DNA of 63,676 bases, counting the filler, from Stramenopiles sp. TOSAG23-3 (taxonomy: Eukaryota): assembly GCA_900128585.1 (NCBI GenBank). It is 5 parts of 5 records of this genome, joined end to end, with 100 filler letters (N's around TTAATTAATTAA, not from the genome) between each part and the next. Parts side by side here need not be neighbours in the genome. Positions count along the whole stretch, not along the records: positions 46,421 to 61,722 come from LT642528.1; positions 61,823 to 63,676 come from LT645317.1; 3 more parts are not named here. One strand, given 5' to 3'. The notes below the pieces were generated by a model. The model was given only the letters and a program-made list of their open reading frames with translations, was not told where the DNA came from and made no database searches. Shown here piece by piece: positions 56,484 through 63,676 of this stretch; within the stretch, counting starts at the first letter, position 1; each line of letters opens with the position of its first letter. Made by a program: the position numbers and the translations under genes.

Positions 56484-56616
56484 TTCTTTATAAAAACAAG
56501 AAAATTGGCTGTTATTTAATTTTTATTAAATTCTTTAAAAAAAATCGAACTGAGGCACCGAACGCGAGCACAATATATTTTTATTTTTTCTTACTAAGTA
56601 CATGAATCTCACACTT

Positions 56617-57648
56617 TTACATTACCGTCGCAACCGCCCCCTTATCATGTCGCATTATATAATGGGCGTCCACATGGAGACGTACGTCTTTGCCACCACC
56701 ATCGTTTGCCGTATAATGCAAGTGTGGCCATTCTAGCTTGACGAAGCTACCAACTTTTCCATAGACCACAATCACGGCGCCCGCGCCGAGACCCTTTATG
56801 TCGGCTTCAGTCTCAATCGGTTGGCACTTTGAAGCCAAAAACGTTACATGGTCCTGCAGCGCGCATATGTGATCGTCTAACCGTGCGGGGCCCAACGCCT
56901 CATGGAGCTTTGTCAGGTAATCCACGTTTGGCCCAGAGGGGCCACTACAACTGTACATGTGGTACGCCATCTTCTCAACAGAGCTTGGACCCAAAAAACT
57001 TTCGTTCAATTCGGTTGCGGAATAAACTAACGCCTCACGTACAATCCCATCTTCACAGTTCACGGGCAAATAAATTTTCTCAAACCCCTCTTTTTCCCGA
57101 AAGTCCATCTTCTTTAGAACGCCTATGGCCTCTTCTGCGGCCACAGAGTAGACAACGCCCCAGGTTTTTCCAGGGCCACTAATGCCGTTGCCTCCTTCAA
57201 GAGAGTCCACGACCTCCCCGGGCAGCATTGTTGCAACTCGTCCAGGGTGTCGAGGACTGCCCCGGTGGTCAGGTGAGCCCTGCCAAAATCTTCTCTTGTA
57301 CCCGTCTACAAAGCCCCACCATTGGTTGTCAAAAGGTAAGTCTGGCTTCCAAACAACGCTTGCGTAGCCAAATATTAAAAGCGGCGTACCGGGCACGTAT
57401 TCTTTCGTCACGGGTGCAGACCGACGGAACACAGTGGGTGGGGGATTAGCCGCTTGCTCCCCCAAGAAACTATGAATCGTGCTGCCTATGCTGCCTTTGT
57501 CGCCATTAACAGATTCACCACTCGAATCGATTGCCGTTGGCACGTCCGTGCCGACGAGCCGTTCCAGTTGAGACGTGTGAAACTGTGCAACAATTTCAAG
57601 CACTTCCTTTCTCGCCGACGTGGCTTCTGAAGTGGAATTGTCTGCCAT
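56617..57648 (-). CDS. CHAC: ChaC-family glutathione-specific gamma-glutamylcyclotransferase
   Basis: IFGYASVVWKP, GYKRRFWQGSPDHRGSPRHPGRVATM, MDFREKEGF, SGPSGPNVDYL; N- and C-terminal extensions. Confidence 0.93.
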   Translation of the reverse strand: MADNSTSEATSARKEVLEIVAQFHTSQLERLVGTDVPTAIDSSGESVNGDKGSIGSTIHSFLGEQAANPPPTVFRRSAPVTKEYVPGTPLLIFGYASVVWKPDLPFDNQWWGFVDGYKRRFWQGSPDHRGSPRHPGRVATMLPGEVVDSLEGGNGISGPGKTWGVVYSVAAEEAIGVLKKMDFREKEGFEKIYLPVNCEDGIVREALVYSATELNESFLGPSSVEKMAYHMYSCSGPSGPNVDYLTKLHEALGPARLDDHICALQDHVTFLASKCQPIETEADIKGLGAGAVIVVYGKVGSFVKLEWPHLHYTANDGGGKDVRLHVDAHYIMRHDKGAVATVM

Positions 57649-58180
57649 CGACCTGCTGCTGAGTATTGAAGACTCGACAAACTTGTCCGTCGTTCTGCAA
57701 TGGATTGCTTCGACTCGTGTTGTAATTTGCAAAAAAGAAGACGACGGTGTACTAAGGATATGTCGTTCAATCTCGTCGTTTTACATGAATGAAAAAAAAA
57801 ACTAACAACAACAACATTCCCCGCCGCCCAACAAAAAAACAAACTTATAATAAATATTATTATTATTTGTATCTTCTTCTTCTTCTCTTCTTCTTCTTCT
57901 TTCTTCTTTTCTTCTCGCTCTCACTCCTCCTCAACAAAATCAACAATTATTTTATTTATTATTATTATTATGATCCATAGTCGTCTATTATTATTGCATT
58001 GCAATGCTATGTAGATGTAATATATTATTATTTTTTACCAGTAGTCATCATGAAGAAGAAAAAGGACTACTTTTTTGGCAGCAGAAAAACCGTTGGGGGT
58101 GTGCCAATTTGATGATGCTAGAAGGTGGTAGTCGTCGTCTTCTAGAAATAATAATTTTTGGAAAGACAATAATTATATAA

Positions 58181-59695
58181 TTAAAAACTAAAGTTGAATT
58201 GTGCCAACATAATACCAAACGCTTGGAATGGCGTCAATGGCTCCTTAAAGTCCAGATGAAATTCGTTCCCAGAAATTTTGCCAAATTGCAGAAAAATGTC
58301 GGTCAAGTTAGTTATCTCGACCCCAAGGTTGTTCTTCACTTCATCGACGTCACATAGTTGAAAATTCTTTACACTGGGAAGGAGGACGCGGCCGCCAAAA
58401 TTCAACCTGTAACTTCCCCTAACGAACGTAGGACTTTTGTTACCAAGTATCTGGTACTCATCGTCCGGGGCGTTGGATCCTATTTTTTTTTCTGGGGGCA
58501 GTATGTACCCGTTCTTATCAATATCAAGGTGGGACATGAGCTTTTCGTTCATGGTTGAACCCTTCAAATTAACCCTCATTTTGCCGCCCTTGTTGACTTT
58601 TGGCACCAGGACCCGCATTACACGTGGGTCGGTTTCCTGTTTGATGCGAGATAGCGGTCCCTGGTGCTCTTTACTGAACGCTATAGAGCAATGCTCGGCC
58701 TCAGTGGTGTCGAACAGAGTGCACGCTGAACCCCCAAAACTAGTGCGCAATTTTCCAATGTAGTTTCCACTCTTCTTGGACAAATCTTTCCCGTACGCCC
58801 GCTTGGTCATATCAAAGATGTGGTAATTTGGAGTCTTGCCCGATTTGCTCTTCTGCGCTGCCAAGATTAACTGGACCGGGTCATCATCCTTGTTTTGGAT
58901 GTGCATGTAGTACACTGTTTTCTTAAGCAGCCCCCCTTTCTCTCTCACGATCAGGCACCTCGTGAAGTCGTTCATTTTTATCGTTCCATCTCGAAGCGGC
59001 TTTAGCGGAGACTTTACGTCGACACACTTTTTCTCTTCGTGAAAGTGGCCCTGAGTCTTCTTCTTCTTCCTTGCACTAGCTTGGCTGCTGTTCTTGAAAT
59101 CGAAACGCAACGGGCTGACCACGTGGGCTCGGTCGTAGTCCTCCTCCTTATCCTCGTCACTTACATACTCTTCATCATGCTCTTCGTCATCGTTAACACA
59201 GACGTCAAAATTTTCGGACAAATTGCGCTTTTTCAGACCCGACTGTTTCAGCTTCAAGATGTTCTCCGAGGGGGACTGGGCAATGACGGGGGTAGAAGGC
59301 GGGGGCCGGGCAACTTTCTTCTTTTTCTTCTTCTTCTTTGCCTTGTCTTTCTTCTCCTGTTTTTTCTTTTTCAATACTTTTGGCTTTTCCTCAATTTTGC
59401 TTTCTTCCACGATCGGTTGGCGGTGGTCATTTTCTTCGTCGCTTTCGTTGAAATCTTCAACGTCCATTGTCTTTTCTTCGAACGCCCGAGAGGCTGGCTT
59501 TGGGGGTCGTACTGGACTTGGCGATTCCTTCATCATGGATCGCTTAAACGGTACGACTTCATCCAATGCCCCACGAAAACTATCTTCTGACCCCGATGGG
59601 GACGATGCCCAGAAACCAGCGTCTCGTTTGATGGAGGCAGCTCGCCCCGACGCTTCAAACTCTTCTTCCAACTTCTCCCCGTAATACGTAGACAT
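58181..59695 (-). CDS. Tubby-family protein
   Basis: RCLIVREK, NYIGKLRTSFGG, PRVMRVLVP, NKSPTF...YRLNFGGRVLLPSVKNFQL, LQFGKI...FHLDFKEPLTPFQAFGIMLAQF. Confidence 0.93.
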   Translation of the reverse strand: MSTYYGEKLEEEFEASGRAASIKRDAGFWASSPSGSEDSFRGALDEVVPFKRSMMKESPSPVRPPKPASRAFEEKTMDVEDFNESDEENDHRQPIVEESKIEEKPKVLKKKKQEKKDKAKKKKKKKKVARPPPSTPVIAQSPSENILKLKQSGLKKRNLSENFDVCVNDDEEHDEEYVSDEDKEEDYDRAHVVSPLRFDFKNSSQASARKKKKTQGHFHEEKKCVDVKSPLKPLRDGTIKMNDFTRCLIVREKGGLLKKTVYYMHIQNKDDDPVQLILAAQKSKSGKTPNYHIFDMTKRAYGKDLSKKSGNYIGKLRTSFGGSACTLFDTTEAEHCSIAFSKEHQGPLSRIKQETDPRVMRVLVPKVNKGGKMRVNLKGSTMNEKLMSHLDIDKNGYILPPEKKIGSNAPDDEYQILGNKSPTFVRGSYRLNFGGRVLLPSVKNFQLCDVDEVKNNLGVEITNLTDIFLQFGKISGNEFHLDFKEPLTPFQAFGIMLAQFNFSF

Positions 59696-60337
59696 GTTTT
59701 CTGCTGGAGGAGTTGTGCTCAAACAAAGTACAGAATCCTATTACAATTAATATTCTTGCGTTACCTGAAGTAATTAATGAAGGACTATTTGAGTTGGTAT
59801 TTAATTTGATTTCCTGACATGATAGTTATCGTTTAGGAACGATACGATAAAAGGGCCGGCGCTTTCTTCTTCGTCGTCGTACGACACACGAGAAGAAGAA
59901 GAAGAAGAAGAAGGGAGGAGGAAAAGAAGAGCAGATATGATGATCATGCGATAATATTCCAATCCGTCCTCCCCCCCCCTTCCGTATTATTAATAACATT
60001 AATATAGCATCGGACGAAATTATTTTAAAATGTTGGGTGAAGGTGATGATTTTCAATGGTATTTCCATATTATTACCACAAACGTTCATCTTGTGCTACA
60101 AGGAAATAAATATTATTTATTTGTTTATAGATGCTGTGCAATGTTTCCGCATTGTACTTGGTAATACATTATACAACAAGTACATGCTGGTATTCCAACG
60201 TTATTGATATTAATTGTATTTACATAGTACTAAAGAATAGGGAATTTTTTATAGGCTAAATCGTCGCTGTGCATGTCTCAAAACCGACCACCAATGTTTC
60301 ACATTTCTTTGCGATAACCTGTGGATTAAAACTAAGA

Positions 60338-61722
60338 ATGGACCGTAAAGGGAAGTTTCCCAAGTATTTTCCGGCAACAGGCTATAAAGAAAGAACGCCT
60401 ATACTCGCCTACGAGAGGCACGAAACTGGAGATGAAAGCCTCCGAAAAGCACAATATGCGCTTGTCACCTTGTTCGAGTCAAGCAATTTTCAACCGTACG
60501 TGGCGGCCGCATACGCCATAGATACTATCGAAAAGAGAAGTAAGGATTTGGGTGCTTACCTGCTTCAATACATGGAAGAAAAGATAATTTGGCGAATACT
60601 GAACAAAATCAATGCAATTGTTGTAGAGGTAGCTCTCTGTTACTGTGTCAGATCGATCTTTCCAAAGCGTGCTTCATGGCAGTACTCTGCAGTGTTTAGC
60701 AGGTATGCTGGAAGACCGAATCGATATCCCAAGTCGACGATCATTCCGAGCTCGATGTTGTTTCCGTTGGTTCATGTCCTGATTTTTGAATATTTCAGCA
60801 AACACCTTCCTTCTCAGCCTAGCCCCATCATGGATCCTGTGCACGGGTACATTACCTTGGTAGTAAACAACTCGATAAGTCGTAAGAAGGGGGCGAGGAC
60901 GAGGCAAAATCGTGAAAGATCAAAGTCATTTTCCTATAAAGGAAAAGTATACGACCGATTATGTAGCACGCTTGGTCGCTACTACGGAGGGCATTTTCTT
61001 ATCCAAGGATCTCCGCTAGATGATGCAAGGGGGTGCGGACAGTTCGGTGCACCCCTGAAGCGTTGGAGTCTAGATAAATTCCCTCGAGAAAAGGCTCACG
61101 ACGAAACGACTGAGGGGGGATTGAAGGTTAAACGAGGCGAATTATTCCATGTTTCTGCACACAATGTCATCGTTGCTTACAACAGTGAGAATGTCTTCGG
61201 AGAAATGGATTTTTCCTTAGACCCTTCGTGCAAAATGAGCGCAAAATTTTCCTTGGAGTATGCTATTAGAGCCAGCCATAAAACCCAACCTGAAACGAGA
61301 AGGCAGGAATTGGGCTTTTGTAAAGTGTTCAGAGACAAAAAGGAATTAAAAAAGCCGTATAGGCCCAGGTACGTGCTCGGGATGTCCAAGGACTTGCTGC
61401 GGCTTAAGCGATCCCTTGAAGAAGACGAGAAAAAAAAGCAGCCCACTAAGAAGGCGAGGTCAAGAAGTGAGGAAGCGATTTTAAGCCTTACAATGAAGTA
61501 TTGTACCAAATGCAAACAAATCAAAGCACTCACGGAGTTTACTAAGCGATCCGCATCAAGCGATGGGTTTGCGTACCGATGCAAAGTGTGTACAAGTGCA
61601 TCTTCCAAGAAGTGGCTAAAAAACAACCCGGGGAGACGCAAAAAAGGGTCCAAGTCCCCTGCGAGTAGCACTATCGCCGATGATCACTCACGTGATCTTG
61701 TCGGCGAGAAAATTGAAGATAT
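60338..61722 (+). CDS. Hypothetical protein with C-terminal treble-clef zinc finger; truncated by contig end
   Basis: KYCTKCKQIKALTEFTKRSASSDGFAYRCKVC; no stop before the spacer. Confidence 0.75.
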
Positions 61723-61822
61723 NNNNNNNNNNNNNNNNNNNNNNNNNNNNNNNNNNNNNNNNNNNNTTAATTAATTAANNNNNNNNNNNNNNNNNNNNNN
61801 NNNNNNNNNNNNNNNNNNNNNN

Positions 61823-63476
61823 CCCTGTTGTTTCCCAAGTAAACCTTTCCGTTCGCACGAAACGTTTCGTTGTAGGGTATCAACATTTGCGTCCTCTCCA
61901 CTATGATATCCTCTAAATTTCCGGTCGTAATGACTTTTCCATCGACTGCTGGGAGTTTCAAAACGTGGTTGTCGGTGGGATTTTCAATCCTTATTACGGT
62001 TGCAAAATTACTCCCAGACTTATTCGTGAACGACAGAGGTTTCAACGAATGAAATGTCCCTTTAATCTCAATGATGCTCTTCGAATCTTTCCCCAGAACA
62101 ACATCGTTTGTGGCATTCAAGAGGCCATGAATGACCGTTTCGGTGTACGCCGACTCGTTCCCCCCCAAGGTAACGTTGCCGAGAACGGACAGCCTCTTGC
62201 TGACTGTCAAACTTGTAACGGTCCCATCGATATCTTGCAGGTTCCCAGTGGTAAGCAGCGTCCCAGAAACGTCTGGCACAGTCAATACGTTATTTTTTGT
62301 AGGGGCATTTACTCTTAATGTGGTGGTTTTGTTCCACCCTCCACTGCCCTCAAACACCAGGGCATCTTGCCCGTGTATGGTGCCCAGCAGAGACACGCTG
62401 TCGTTTCTCGAGCGCCCGAGTGTCGCGTTTCCGTCGACAACCAGACTCTTAGACACGCGGATTCGTGTCACAGTCCCATCGATATCTCTCAGATTTCCTG
62501 TTGTCACGATGGTCCCCGAGACATTCGGCAGAAGTATCGTGTTGTTCGTCGTTGGGTTCTCAGAGCCCAACCTTAGCTGGCTGTAGCCGTTGCTTTGTTT
62601 AAAGTTTATAAATTTCTCTATTGCGAATTCATCCTGTGGGATTGATCTTCCATGTTTATTTGTACGAACACAGACCCACTCCGAAACAGTTGATGTGATT
62701 CTACAATCTACGCTAGAAATGCCATACTCTATTTTCAACGCGGCGCTGCGGCCATTAATACTGCCACCCGGCGGAGCGGCCAAGGTGTACGAAACTTCGC
62801 CCAGTAAGACAATTCGGTGACCAACCTCCACGTTTTCGTGGGGCAGTCGTAGAAAAAAGTGGGCTTGCGCAGAGTGCACCCGCAACATGTCCGCCGAGGA
62901 GGGTATGGCTGTACCATTCAACGAGGCAGCCAAGGGTTGAGCGTACGACTGAAAGCCACCGTAAACTTCCAGGTCTCCCTCAATGCGGACTTTTGGTATT
63001 GTACTGCCGGTGTGCATTGAAAGTATAGAGCTATTCTCCCCTTCACCCCGAAAAGAAAGCGCGCCGTCAGTGTTGTCTTTAACAAAGATTTTCGACGAGG
63101 AGGCTCCGGTGAAATTGAGAACACCCCCTCTGATATTTAAAACACCCCCAAAGGTGACTTGCTCCCTGCCATGCCTAGAATCAAAATGTAGCAGTTGGCT
63201 GCCGGAGGAGGAAGCGAAAACTAAGCTGTTTGCCACCCCTCGGGGGAGCGTGAAAGTTGTGCCGAACGGTGAGCCGGACATATTAATCAGGCCGCCTTGA
63301 ACAGTTAAATTAGACTTGACCGTCAAATCATTATACATAGAATTGACATCATAGCCTAGCGCCTGCAGGCTCCCATCCTTGTTTAAAACAAACGTGTGGC
63401 CTTGACCCACGGGGACAAAAAACAAGACAAAAAATATACAAACTCTAGCGAAGGTTCTCTTTGCACGGTCTAACAT
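61823..63476 (-). CDS. Secreted beta-rich repeat protein with phage tail-fibre-like modules; 3' truncated
   Basis: Signal peptide MLDRAKRTFARVCIFFVLFFVPVGQG; three PTxNxxLx(L/V)PxVxGxxxTTGNLxDI repeats; many N-x-S/T sequons. Confidence 0.8.
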
Positions 63477-63597
63477 GGTGCTGGTGGAAAAATGCCTCCG
63501 GTGTTAATAAAACGCGAATGGCACGAACGATAGAGTAGAATTTTGCTTTCGTGGAAAAACGTAAAGAGATATCAACACGAGATAAGAAAGAAGATGT

Positions 63598-63676
63598 GTG
63601 GAGAGGACGCAAATGTTGATACCCTACAACGAAACGTTTCGTGCGAACGGAAAGGTTTACTTGGGAAACAACAGGG
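63598..63676. repeat. 79-bp perfect inverted repeat at contig 5 end (partner 61823-61901)
   Basis: Exact reverse complement of 61823-61901, which is coding sequence (VERTQMLIPYNETFRANGKVYLGNNR). Confidence 0.95.

Overview
Eukaryotic nuclear DNA, not one continuous locus. Five assembly contigs (1-15390, 15491-30858, 30959-46320, 46421-61722, 61823-63676) are joined by artificial 100-nt spacers (N44-TTAATTAATTAA-N44). About 26 compact genes with no evident introns are separated by very AT-rich, microsatellite-rich intergenic DNA. Gene content (CFAP300, Tubby, PRP38-Tudor fusion, multi-TM LRR protein, GPC1, VPS26C, INPP4, TFIIIC subunit) points to a flagellated protist, probably a stramenopile (inference). 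Family assignments come from motifs recognised by eye; no searches were run. Four genes are split by 1-nt indels in homopolymers, most likely read errors. Three contig ends carry exactly 79-nt repeats, consistent with a k=79 assembler signature. Most interesting: (1) a tandem family of three Cys-rich proteins (two with signal peptides) ending in a conserved RxLL-QGTx(E/Q)GC tail, which looks like a site-1-protease-type site releasing a Cys-terminated heptapeptide; the third copy has an in-frame TGA in a CxxU context and a weak SECIS-like hairpin; (2) a signal-peptide protein built from phage tail-fibre-like repeats; (3) a PH-PH-C2-INPP4 phosphatase with two inserted GYF domains; (4) an XPG/EXO1 homologue missing most catalytic acids; (5) a ~45-nt CCAAT-containing element recurring in 3' flanks on three contigs; (6) a gene-free 3-kb AT-rich tract with many AAGTACA motifs. 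No tRNA, rRNA, CRISPR array or intact transposase was recognised.
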